Below, piece by piece: positions 48,141 through 57,070 of a DNA stretch of 64,000 nt (positions are counted from its first letter, which is position 1; each line of letters begins with the position of its first letter). The DNA lies in assembly GCA_963693055.1 (NCBI GenBank), contig OY843751.1, forward strand, positions 3,584,001 through 3,648,000, given 5' to 3'. Below the pieces are notes generated by a model. It had not been told where the DNA came from and searched no databases. It saw only the letters and a list, made by a program, of their open reading frames with translations. The DNA is from a bacterium. Its GTDB lineage: Bacteria; Zhuqueibacterota; Zhuqueibacteria; Residuimicrobiales; Krinioviventaceae. Made by a program: the position numbers and the translations under genes.

Positions 48141-49151
48141 TTATGACCCACAAGAACGGCGAATCACAAGCTTGGTTTTTAATACTACATGGACCGTTGG
48201 CCGGTCATTATTCTCAATACGCTGAAACAACATTTCAGCAGCGCGCCTGCCAATTTCATAACCGGGTTGGCTAACAGCGGTCAAAGGGGGATTTAAAGAA
48301 TTGGCCCAATACATATCATCAAATCCGACAATTGCGATATCATTGGGTATATTTAAATTTAATTGATGTATACTCTCAAAGGCTCCCAGAGTCAACAGAT
48401 TATTACCTGTAAACAAAGCCGTAGGAGGATTTTTCATTTGCAGCAATTCTTTAGTTAGCTGTTGTCCACTGTCACGTTTTGAATCGCTAAACTTTACCAA
48501 TGTTTCATCATAATCAATACCAAAATCCTGCAGAGCTTGTTTGTATCCATCCAAACGCTGCCTGCTTGTTGGTATACGTATTAATCCGGATATAAAACCA
48601 ATATGTCGATGTCCCAAATCAATCAATAATTTTGTAGCATCATAAGCGCCTTTAAAATTATCAACAACAACAGCATCAACGTCAATGTCGTTCAATCCTC
48701 TATCTACACAGACAATTGGTAAACCACGTTTTACAAGCTCAATAATGGTTTCATCATGTTCATCAAGTGGGGCTGCAATAAGCCCATCGACAGATTCAGA
48801 TTTGAGGATATCAAGATAAAGTTTTTCACGTTTTTCGCTTTGTGAAAAATTACTGGCCAATACAGCATATTCATTATCATAAGCTGTATCTTCAATACCT
48901 TGTAAAACATCAATATAAAATGGATTTTGAATATCAGGAATTACAATACCAATAATATTGCTTTTCTTTTGTTGATGTCGAAGACGTTGCGCAGTACGAC
49001 TGGGGATATAATTAAGAGAATGTATCACTTTTTCAACTTTTTTACGGGTTTCAATACTTACACTGGTATCATTGTTCAAAACACGCGATACCGTAGCAGT
49101 TGAAACGCCCGCTTTATAAGCAACATCTCTTAATTTGACCATAATTGACAT
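48141..49151 (-). CDS. LacI-family transcriptional regulator
   Basis: KLRDVAYKAGVSTATVSRVLN HTH, IPDIQNPFY and IPNDIAIVGFDD. Confidence 0.95.
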   Translation of the reverse strand: MSIMVKLRDVAYKAGVSTATVSRVLNNDTSVSIETRKKVEKVIHSLNYIPSRTAQRLRHQQKKSNIIGIVIPDIQNPFYIDVLQGIEDTAYDNEYAVLASNFSQSEKREKLYLDILKSESVDGLIAAPLDEHDETIIELVKRGLPIVCVDRGLNDIDVDAVVVDNFKGAYDATKLLIDLGHRHIGFISGLIRIPTSRQRLDGYKQALQDFGIDYDETLVKFSDSKRDSGQQLTKELLQMKNPPTALFTGNNLLTLGAFESIHQLNLNIPNDIAIVGFDDMYWANSLNPPLTAVSQPGYEIGRRAAEMLFQRIENNDRPTVHVVLKTKLVIRRSCGS

Positions 49152-49154
49152 CGA

Positions 49155-49231
49155 TTACATTTTGTTTTTACATAACTTACAGCAAAACAGGATCAATTGT
49201 ATGAAAATGTTTACATTATAATTTACATTTT
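49155..49231. promoter_or_regulatory. Putative LacI-family operator region upstream of lacI
   Basis: Pseudo-palindrome ATGAAAATGTTTACAT (49201-49216) and five TTACA (minus strand TGTAA) copies at 49155, 49168, 49177, 49211 and 49223. Confidence 0.45.
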
Positions 49232-49326
49232 TTCTAATAGAAATCAAGTAAAAAATATTATGGGCATTTTTTAATGAGATAATTAACAGGTATGAATTTA
49301 AGAGGTCATAACAATTGGCCATAAAC

Positions 49327-49352
49327 AAAAATAGCCCCTTTTGGGGGGCTAT
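49327..49352 (-). terminator. Intrinsic terminator after the tRNA
   Basis: ATAGCCCC (49331-49338) / GGGGCTAT (49345-49352), followed by T-rich sequence on the minus strand. Confidence 0.8.
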
Positions 49353-49358
49353 AATATG

Positions 49359-49432
49359 TAGCGGCGCAGGGATTCGAACCCCGGACACTCGGATTATGAT
49401 TCCGATGCTCTAACCAACTGAGCTACGCCGCC
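49359..49432 (-). tRNA. tRNA-Met (CAT), probably elongator; CCA not encoded
   Basis: Minus strand GGCGGCGTAGCTCAGTTGGTTAGAGCATCGGAATCATAATCCGAGTGTCCGGGGTTCGAATCCCTGCGCCGCTA folds as a cloverleaf, with anticodon stem TCGGA/TCCGA, CAT anticodon and GTTCGAATC T-loop. Ile2 cannot be fully excluded. Confidence 0.93.
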
Positions 49433-49506
49433 GTTCTAACAAAGCCGATAAATATAATAATCTCTGTTAAAACTTGCAAGTAAAATTTTTAATTCATAAC
49501 CCAATA

Positions 49507-50124
49507 TTATAAATTTTTTAGCTGCAACAAGCTTATGGCAGACCAAGTCTCAACCGAGCTGTTCGAGTTTGTAACAATCTCTTCCAAATCAGTTACTGGT
49601 TTGTACCCACCCCAAGCAATTTCTGCATCTTTGGGTTTGATGATTTTCGATGATGTTCGAAGTAAATACAGAATACCAAAATGCACCTGTCCTACTTCTG
49701 TTTCATCATCATTTATATATCCTAAAACAATAGGTTTATCAAATTTATCTATAAATATCTCTTCATCTACTTCACGCAGCATACTGGCAATTACAGGATC
49801 GCTATCTTCCGAATCAATTTTATCAATGTGACCACCTATCCCCCACGACCATTTGCCACGCAATCTTTCCTCAGTATAAGTATCTTTTGATGCCCGCTGA
49901 TAGGCAAAAACATCACCGGTATCTTTATTCATAATGATACAATAGGCAATGGGTTGTTTTAGCTGCGGGGTATTTTCTGCAATACCGCGCTTTTTGTAAT
50001 AATAATTCTCATTTATGATCTGCTTATAATCAATACCGTCAGCGGGAGCAAATCCCTGAAAATAGCCCTTGGCAAACAATGTTGCCCGGTCAACTACCAT
50101 AATTTCTTTTTCAAACTTGTCCAA
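49507..50124 (-). CDS. NUDIX-family phosphoesterase (COG4112-like)
   Basis: KQPIAY, EERLRGKWSWGIGGHI, REVDEE, GYINDD..VGQVHFG and ETWS; TTG start. Confidence 0.85.
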   Translation of the reverse strand: MDKFEKEIMVVDRATLFAKGYFQGFAPADGIDYKQIINENYYYKKRGIAENTPQLKQPIAYCIIMNKDTGDVFAYQRASKDTYTEERLRGKWSWGIGGHIDKIDSEDSDPVIASMLREVDEEIFIDKFDKPIVLGYINDDETEVGQVHFGILYLLRTSSKIIKPKDAEIAWGGYKPVTDLEEIVTNSNSSVETWSAISLLQLKNL

Positions 50125-50142
50125 AACAATCTCGTTTCTTTT

Positions 50143-51483
50143 TTATTTTCCCAACAATTCTTTACGACGATCTTCAAATCCCGGTTTACCTAGCAATGCA
50201 AACATGTTTTGCTTGTATGCTTCTACACCCGGTTGATCAAAAGGATTGATTTCCAAAAGTAAACCGCTAACAGCAACAGCAAATTCAAAAAAGTAAAACA
50301 GTTGTCCCAACGTATATTCGGTTCTATCAGCGAGCGAAATATTCATATTAGGGACATTTCCGGCAGCGTGGGCCAAAGCGGTACCTCGATATGCCTGATA
50401 ATTAACGTCAGAAAGATCCATACCAGCTAGAAAATTCATCCCATCCAGATTTTCCTCAACTTTAGGAACAGCTATTTTAGTTCGCATATTTTCAATGGTT
50501 AAAAAGGTTTCAAACAAATTACGTTCACCATCTTGAATGTATTGTCCCATCGAGTGCAAGTCAGTTGTAAACACGGTACTTGCAGGAAATATTCCTTTAC
50601 CGTCTTTTCCTTCACTTTCACCGTACAACTGCTTCCACCATTCTCCCACATATTGCAAAGAGGGATCAAATGCAGACAAGACTTCAATGGTCTTGCCGGA
50701 TTTGTAGAGCAAATACCTCGCGGCTGCATAAGTTAATACGGGATTGCCCAGAACATCCTGGTTATTTCTACAAAACGCTGCCGCATCTTTTGCACCCGCC
50801 AACAATGCATCAACATCATATCCTGCTGCGGCAATCGGTAACAGCCCAACCGGTGTAAGAACGGAAAAGCGACCGCCTACATCATCGGGTATTACAAACG
50901 AACGAAAACCTTCAGCGTCAGCCATTGTTCGTAGTGCCCCTTGAGATTGATCTGTAGTTGCAACAACTCGCCTGCTGAATTCAGCTTTTGACAAACCAGA
51001 TTTTAATGCATCAAGCAGAATTCTAAAAGCAACACCGGGTTCGGTTGTGGTGCCGGATTTTGAAATCACATTTACATAGCATTTTTTGTTTTGGATAAAA
51101 TCAATCAGGTCATTCATATAATCTGCACTTAGATTGTGCCCCAAGTACAATACCTTATTGTTCGTAGTCAAAGGCTCAGACAAAAAGTCAATAGTAGCTC
51201 GGGCACCCAAATAACTACCACCAATTCCAATACAAATCACATGATCAGCATTATCTTTTATTTCCTGGGCAATACTTTCAATATCCTCAATTTCTTTCAA
51301 ACTTACATTATCAGGCAGATCAACCCAACCTAAAAAATCATTTCCGGCACAGGTTTTATCGTAAATACTTTGAGTAACATTTGCAATTAAAGACTGTAAA
51401 GCCTTCAAATCTTTTTGCGTTACATGGTCCTTTAACAGTCCAATATCTAATTTCAAATTTTTCATTATATACTCCGATATCAA
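50143..51483 (-). CDS. pgi: Glucose-6-phosphate isomerase
   Basis: GIGGSYLGA, ISKSGTTTEP, DDVGGRFSVLTPVG, WWKQLYGESEGK and NPFDQPGVEAYK. Confidence 0.97.
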   Translation of the reverse strand: MISEYIMKNLKLDIGLLKDHVTQKDLKALQSLIANVTQSIYDKTCAGNDFLGWVDLPDNVSLKEIEDIESIAQEIKDNADHVICIGIGGSYLGARATIDFLSEPLTTNNKVLYLGHNLSADYMNDLIDFIQNKKCYVNVISKSGTTTEPGVAFRILLDALKSGLSKAEFSRRVVATTDQSQGALRTMADAEGFRSFVIPDDVGGRFSVLTPVGLLPIAAAGYDVDALLAGAKDAAAFCRNNQDVLGNPVLTYAAARYLLYKSGKTIEVLSAFDPSLQYVGEWWKQLYGESEGKDGKGIFPASTVFTTDLHSMGQYIQDGERNLFETFLTIENMRTKIAVPKVEENLDGMNFLAGMDLSDVNYQAYRGTALAHAAGNVPNMNISLADRTEYTLGQLFYFFEFAVAVSGLLLEINPFDQPGVEAYKQNMFALLGKPGFEDRRKELLGK

Positions 51484-51494
51484 ATAAATAATAA

Positions 51495-53258
51495 TTAACG
51501 TTTTAAAAGTAACTTTGCTGCCTGAATAAACAACAACACAGAAACCATCACAAGTAATCCCCCAACAATAACCAGCAAAAAATTACCTTTATGATAATTT
51601 TGCACTATCAAGGTAAACAGACCGGATATAGTTATAATATACATAAAAAACATGGGGATTTTGGTAAACCAGTTTGGGCGGCTGATATTGGCCAACCAAG
51701 CGGTTACAGCAAGCAGTGCCAATGAAGCCAGTAATTGATTAGCAGATCCAAAAATGGGCCAAATTGCACCGGAAGAACCAGAAAAAATAAAAACAGCACT
51801 CAATATTACGGTAACAACAGTACCGATATATCGATTGGTGGAAAGAATTGATTTTTTTTCTTTATTGTTATCAAAAAATTCCTGAAAGGTAAAGCGTGCC
51901 AAACGGGTACAGGTATCGAGTGTGGTTAATGCAAAAGCAGAAACCGCTAATCCTGAAAAAGTTATTGCGCTGTTTTGCTGAATACCCAACAATGGAATTT
52001 TTGAGATAAATTTACCTACTCCCATAGAAAACATTGCAATAAAATCTCCATTAGCAAAAAGAGAATTGTAATTCCCTTTCAGCATGGTTGCCGCTGCCAT
52101 AAGCGCCAAAATAGCCAACAAGGATTCTATCAGCATTCCACCATAACCAATAATTTTGGCATCTGTTTCATTATTTAATTGTTTGGCAGTAGTTCCGCTT
52201 GCAACCAGTGAGTGAAAACCAGAAATAGCACCACATGCTACAGTCACAAACAAAACCGGAAACAAGTAACCAATATCTGTTTTAAAATGTGTAAACGCGG
52301 GTAAAGCAACATGGGCATTTGCAAAGAATAACCCTCCTACCCCGCCAATTAACAATGCGTATAATAAAAAAGAATTTAAATAATCACGGGGCTGCAACAA
52401 AATCCACACAGGAGTTACAGCAGCAATCATTACATAGCACAATAGTATAAATACCCACAAACGTTGGCTTTTGGTTTCGGCGGTTGTTACATCAGCAACA
52501 ATTGATTTATATTCAACATCAGTTAATACCTGTTTAATCTTGGCAGGACTTGAAATATCTTGAACTAAACCATTCATTTTCAAATCATTCAAAGTCTTGA
52601 CAGTTTCAGGTGAAACAAACTTTTCATACACCACCATGGGATACAATTGTCCCAAATAAATACTGAAAAAAAGCAGCAAAATCCCTAAAACAGATGCGGG
52701 CACCAAAGGTAAACGAGATCTATATATAGCCAATCCAAAAACAACTGCAACAATGATAAACAAAACAGATGATGTAGCTACTGAAGGTACCGTAACAAAA
52801 GTGGTTGCCACAATCTTGCAAAAAACTGCAATAACAAGTATCATAGTCAGATACGCAAACAGCATAAAAAGCAGCTTGCCCCGTGTGCCCAAATATTTTT
52901 CAATAATCTTGCCAATGGACACACCTTTATGTCGGGTAGATGCAATCATGGAAGTCATATCATGAACGCCTCCCATAAAAACACCACCCACAATAATCCA
53001 TAAATACACCGGCATCCAACCAAAAGCAGAACCAATAATGGGACCTAATATAGGTCCGGCTCCGGCTATAGATGCAAAATGGTGACCCAGCAAAACTGGT
53101 GTTTTAGCAGGCACATAATCTACCCCATCATTTAATTCGTGCGCAGGTGTAACAGTTTTGGGATCAATTTCCAATTTATTTGCGAGGTATCTTCCATATG
53201 TGAGATATGCAACAAAAAATAGAATTAATCCTGCAACAACAAGAATAACAGCATTCAT
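51495..53258 (-). CDS. cstA: Carbon starvation protein A (peptide/pyruvate transporter)
   Basis: TPAHELNDGVDYVP, GHHFASIAGAGPI, PVWILLQPRDYLN, ACGAISGFHSLV and IWPIFGSANQLLA. Confidence 0.95.
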   Translation of the reverse strand: MNAVILVVAGLILFFVAYLTYGRYLANKLEIDPKTVTPAHELNDGVDYVPAKTPVLLGHHFASIAGAGPILGPIIGSAFGWMPVYLWIIVGGVFMGGVHDMTSMIASTRHKGVSIGKIIEKYLGTRGKLLFMLFAYLTMILVIAVFCKIVATTFVTVPSVATSSVLFIIVAVVFGLAIYRSRLPLVPASVLGILLLFFSIYLGQLYPMVVYEKFVSPETVKTLNDLKMNGLVQDISSPAKIKQVLTDVEYKSIVADVTTAETKSQRLWVFILLCYVMIAAVTPVWILLQPRDYLNSFLLYALLIGGVGGLFFANAHVALPAFTHFKTDIGYLFPVLFVTVACGAISGFHSLVASGTTAKQLNNETDAKIIGYGGMLIESLLAILALMAAATMLKGNYNSLFANGDFIAMFSMGVGKFISKIPLLGIQQNSAITFSGLAVSAFALTTLDTCTRLARFTFQEFFDNNKEKKSILSTNRYIGTVVTVILSAVFIFSGSSGAIWPIFGSANQLLASLALLAVTAWLANISRPNWFTKIPMFFMYIITISGLFTLIVQNYHKGNFLLVIVGGLLVMVSVLLFIQAAKLLLKR

Positions 53259-53315
53259 ACCGGCATCCTGACTAATTAATTATTATAATTTAGCAATTTC
53301 ACTCACTTTTACAAA

Positions 53316-53686
53316 ATGAAAAAAGATAAATGCTCAACATTAACTTTACTTGTTTTAATACCAGATTGCCCAAGCTGGATTATGAAAAAATATTAAAAAA
53401 CCTCTCACAAACTGCCGGCAAACATTATAAAATATCATGCACTGCATTTGAAAGATATTTAAAAAATGCGGAATTTTATGGCTTTGAATACAAAGTTGCC
53501 TTGGAAATTAAAAATCACAAAATCATCAAGGTAGATATTATTAATAATCAGGATAACAATTATGCGCATTACGCGGAAGGAGTAAAATATAAAATCAAAA
53601 AAGCCGGCAACATAAATAAAGATGGTATTACCGGTGCTACAACTATAAGCAAGTGTCTATTAAAAGCAGCAGAAAATGCTTTTTAA
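53316..53686 (+). pseudogene. FMN-binding (flavinylation-motif) small lipoprotein, probably frameshifted
   Basis: The C-terminal frame carries DGITGATTISKCLLKAAENAF (FMN_bind). A signal-like MKKDKCSTLTLLVLIPDC from ATG 53316 lies in a different frame and would join KLDYEKI via a one-base indel near 53370. Confidence 0.55.
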
Positions 53687-53699
53687 AAGTCCCCCTGAT

Positions 53700-54623
53700 T
53701 TAGGTCATAATATTATAAACAATTTCCTTGATATCATTCAGGTTCTTATCCAATAAACCCAGATGAATGCTGTTATCCAGTGTTTCATCCTGAAAATGTT
53801 CATTACGGATAATTTCCCAGGCATAATCCATTTCAATATCAATCTTGTTTTCTTCGCTAATCACCAAACCCAGGTCATGGTTCTGGCAGTATACTCCCGC
53901 CAAATGCACTATTGCAACCAGAGTTCGTTCGTAGATAGCGGTTTCCGGACGATGATGTCTTGCAACCACATGAGCAATTTCGCCAAAGAAATTCCACTGT
54001 TCCAATAACCAGGGACCAAAATCCGTATGACTTATACCAAAAATCTTATTTTCAGCTTGTTCAAAATTACAGTTTTCCTGTTCTACAGTTTGTAATACTT
54101 TGACATAATCATCAGAAAAATTATGGATCAAAATAATTTCACCAATATCATGTAGTAATCCTGCAAGGTAGGCACGTTCAAAATCTTTGTATTTTATACT
54201 CTTTGCAAGCAGTTTACTTACAACCGCCGTAGCAAATGAAAACTGCCAAAAAGATTTAAGTATTTTTGAATTTTTTCCGCTTGAAAATGTATTCATTAAT
54301 GTCGTTGTCAATACAACATTTTTAACTTCTTTGATCCCCAGATAAACCAAAGCCTCACGCAAAGACTCGACCTTACGCCCTAAACCAAAATAGACAGAAT
54401 TGACAATCTTGACCATCTTTGCAGTTAATACCTGGTCCATCATGATCAAATCAATCAATTCATCAATAGAAAAATCCGGATTTTTGGCCTGCTCAAGGAT
54501 CTTGATTGCAAGTGGTGGCAATACCGGAAGATCATCTATTTTGTCCAAAAAAGCCAGCAACCGTTTGTCTTTGGTGCCTTGATTATTCTGTACTTCTGAC
54601 TTTTTCACATCCTCGGCTAACAC
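53700..54623 (-). CDS. HDOD-domain protein
   Basis: DLPVLP, DQVLTAKMVKIVNSVYFG, AYLAGLLHDIG, GISHTDFG..LLEQWNF and HH; GTG start. Confidence 0.92.
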   Translation of the reverse strand: MLAEDVKKSEVQNNQGTKDKRLLAFLDKIDDLPVLPPLAIKILEQAKNPDFSIDELIDLIMMDQVLTAKMVKIVNSVYFGLGRKVESLREALVYLGIKEVKNVVLTTTLMNTFSSGKNSKILKSFWQFSFATAVVSKLLAKSIKYKDFERAYLAGLLHDIGEIILIHNFSDDYVKVLQTVEQENCNFEQAENKIFGISHTDFGPWLLEQWNFFGEIAHVVARHHRPETAIYERTLVAIVHLAGVYCQNHDLGLVISEENKIDIEMDYAWEIIRNEHFQDETLDNSIHLGLLDKNLNDIKEIVYNIMT

Positions 54624-54646
54624 AGTTTTCTCCTTTTATCCATATA

Positions 54647-55924
54647 TCAATCATACCATGCAATTTTTCTTAACGCGAGCAACATTGGGAAATGCGGGGG
54701 TTTCATATCTTTTAATCTTGGGTCCCAATGATAATTTTTTAAATATCCTTTATGCGGGCTTCCCAATTGTCCTACTGCACCACGAGCATATTGTATCAAC
54801 CCACCATACAATCTCAAATATCCATAAGTTTGGGCAGAATAATTTTCCACATAAAAATTACGTTCATAGGTATATGTTGTAGGATTCATGCACATGATTG
54901 TCGCCTGAATTGTTCTGTCTGCAAGATAATGATTATCTGCAACTGCTACATCTTTGGTTGCAACAAGGCCAATCATATCTTGTGAAGTTGGGTTTGTTGC
55001 AGGATTGTCATTACAAATCAAATCATCTATCACACGAATCTTGCCCTCAGACGCTACAGTCACCTGGCCACTCACTGTACCTTCAACATTTACTATAGTG
55101 TTTATAGGATCACTGGAAAATCTTGTATATATCACTCCGTTTGTACCAGAAAGATTATAACTTGTATATTCAGCGGCAGTTGGTGGTGTTGATACATTTT
55201 TAGCACAAATCAAAGCCGTTGAATCGCTTTGAAAATCTATCCAGACATATTTGGCATTGAAATAAAGCCCACCCGTTACACCTGCATTCGCAACATCTGA
55301 AGGAATAGATGAGGGCATTTGCAACTCGGGTACTTTCCATTCTGAACCAGCATTAAAAACCGGATTTGTGGACGAATAATATTTTTGATAAGGTGAATAG
55401 GCACTATACACACGGTGACTGGTCACTTTACCCATAAAAACTGCCTGATTTCCAGTATAACCACTTATTCTGAAATAATCATTGGTATGTGTAGGACCAA
55501 ACAAGGTATCTCCACCGGCGAACCAGATATTACCTTCAGTATTGGTAAAATATGCAAACCTTGAAAATGAAGGCCGTGTTAACAATACTGCAACCGTATC
55601 ATACGCCCCCATATATTGACCAATGGCAGTTACACGAACCATAGTCGGTCCCAAATTGGGATCCTCGGTTTGTCGTTCATATTTATATGAATAACTTCCG
55701 TTCGCCCAACTTTCATAACTAACACCATCTGTCCTTTCAATATCCAGCATTAATTCATTTAGCGCAGCATTAGCTCCGCTGTTGGCTATATTACGCAGTA
55801 CAATTTCACTATAATTGTCAATATAGGTTGACATTCCCTGCCGCACAGCGCCCTGGGTTTGCATACGAACAAACATGACACTGATCATCAACCCCAACAC
55901 CAATATTATTGAATATTTTCCCAT
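54647..55924 (-). CDS. PilX-like / DUF4900-like minor pilin-like protein
   Basis: N-terminal hydrophobic helix then NIANSGANAAL; FSRFAYFT, GPTHTND and GYLKNYHWDPRL..PPHFP. Confidence 0.7.
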   Translation of the reverse strand: MGKYSIILVLGLMISVMFVRMQTQGAVRQGMSTYIDNYSEIVLRNIANSGANAALNELMLDIERTDGVSYESWANGSYSYKYERQTEDPNLGPTMVRVTAIGQYMGAYDTVAVLLTRPSFSRFAYFTNTEGNIWFAGGDTLFGPTHTNDYFRISGYTGNQAVFMGKVTSHRVYSAYSPYQKYYSSTNPVFNAGSEWKVPELQMPSSIPSDVANAGVTGGLYFNAKYVWIDFQSDSTALICAKNVSTPPTAAEYTSYNLSGTNGVIYTRFSSDPINTIVNVEGTVSGQVTVASEGKIRVIDDLICNDNPATNPTSQDMIGLVATKDVAVADNHYLADRTIQATIMCMNPTTYTYERNFYVENYSAQTYGYLRLYGGLIQYARGAVGQLGSPHKGYLKNYHWDPRLKDMKPPHFPMLLALRKIAWYD

Positions 55925-55944
55925 GTCAAACCTCTACTAAAAGA

Positions 55945-56541
55945 TTATTCACCCAAAAGATTTTTGGGTGTTATACGGGTAACGAACATAAATTTAGAAT
56001 ATTCTCCTTTAAAAGGTTCCCGGCTCTCAATACGATATGCAACACGAATTGATCGAATTCTGGACAAGGAATCTGCAACAACAGGTGTAGACAATTCTGT
56101 TCCTTGTCTGTTATAATAACGAAGACGAAAACGTGTTAATCCCAGACAATAACCATCATGATTTGAATTATTGACTTTTCTCAACAATTTTTTATCATTC
56201 GGATTGGGGGAAGCAGTATCATCTCCAAACAAATAATATTCAACTTGAACAGAATCTGAAGTATGTACGCCCAGTACAGCACGTGGATTGGTATTATATG
56301 AAAATCGAATTCGGCTTGTATCTGCAAGGGATATTGCATTATCAGGATCAGACAAACAGTGCCCTATTTTTCTAAAATCATAACTTACAATATCATTTAA
56401 AACGCTCATATTATCCTGGGTCCGGATATCCTGCTGCAAAAATATTGAACTCGCTTTTACATTAGAATCCACCTGAATAATTATCAATATCAACATTCCG
56501 GCAATAATCAGAGATGTTATAATATCCATCATACTATTCAT
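55945..56541 (-). CDS. PilW-like minor pilin-like protein
   Basis: N-terminal helix, DIVSYDFRKIGH, FRLRYYNRQG, IRSIRV and C-terminal ITPKNL. Confidence 0.65.
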   Translation of the reverse strand: MNSMMDIITSLIIAGMLILIIIQVDSNVKASSIFLQQDIRTQDNMSVLNDIVSYDFRKIGHCLSDPDNAISLADTSRIRFSYNTNPRAVLGVHTSDSVQVEYYLFGDDTASPNPNDKKLLRKVNNSNHDGYCLGLTRFRLRYYNRQGTELSTPVVADSLSRIRSIRVAYRIESREPFKGEYSKFMFVTRITPKNLLGE

Positions 56542-56552
56542 AATTTATCCTC

Positions 56553-57056
56553 TTATTCGGTAAAGAAATAATGATACGCGTACAATTTTCTCAAAATGAC
56601 TTGTCCGTCCAAAGCTCCGGAAAACGCATCTGAATCGATCGTCACGGATATTTCTTTATAGTAGGATTGAGTAGATATCTGTCGGTAATCATTATCCGGA
56701 TCCACATAATGAACAGAAATATTTATAGTAAATGGGATCGAGTTTGACAAACTGTCTGTTACTGAAAATCCATTAAAATCATCTACATCATCAAAATTTC
56801 CATATGACTCACCACTGTCTGGCCCCAGATCTCCGGGTTCCGTATAGGATGCAATGGCCTGTGCCGAATTATCTTCGTCAAACCTTAGATTTTCAGCCTC
56901 TTCAATATAGAGCTGCGCTTGTCCTATTGCTTCCAATACCTGTTCACTGTGATATATAACTGTATGATCATAAACCATGTGCGAATTCAATGTCAAAGAA
57001 AACAGCGAGAGCAGCATTAGCGCACCAATTGTTAAAATTGTTTCTGATGTGCCCAT
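56553..57056 (-). CDS. PilV-like minor pilin-like protein
   Basis: N-terminal helix, AQLYIEEAENLRFDE, LGPDSGE..FDDVDDFNG and KEISVTI. Confidence 0.65.
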   Translation of the reverse strand: MGTSETILTIGALMLLSLFSLTLNSHMVYDHTVIYHSEQVLEAIGQAQLYIEEAENLRFDEDNSAQAIASYTEPGDLGPDSGESYGNFDDVDDFNGFSVTDSLSNSIPFTINISVHYVDPDNDYRQISTQSYYKEISVTIDSDAFSGALDGQVILRKLYAYHYFFTE

Positions 57057-57070
57057 AATAATAACCTCAC

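Noticed and set aside
49155-49388. 77-aa minus-strand ORF
   Set aside because: It starts inside the tRNA and crosses its terminator and the lacI promoter region.
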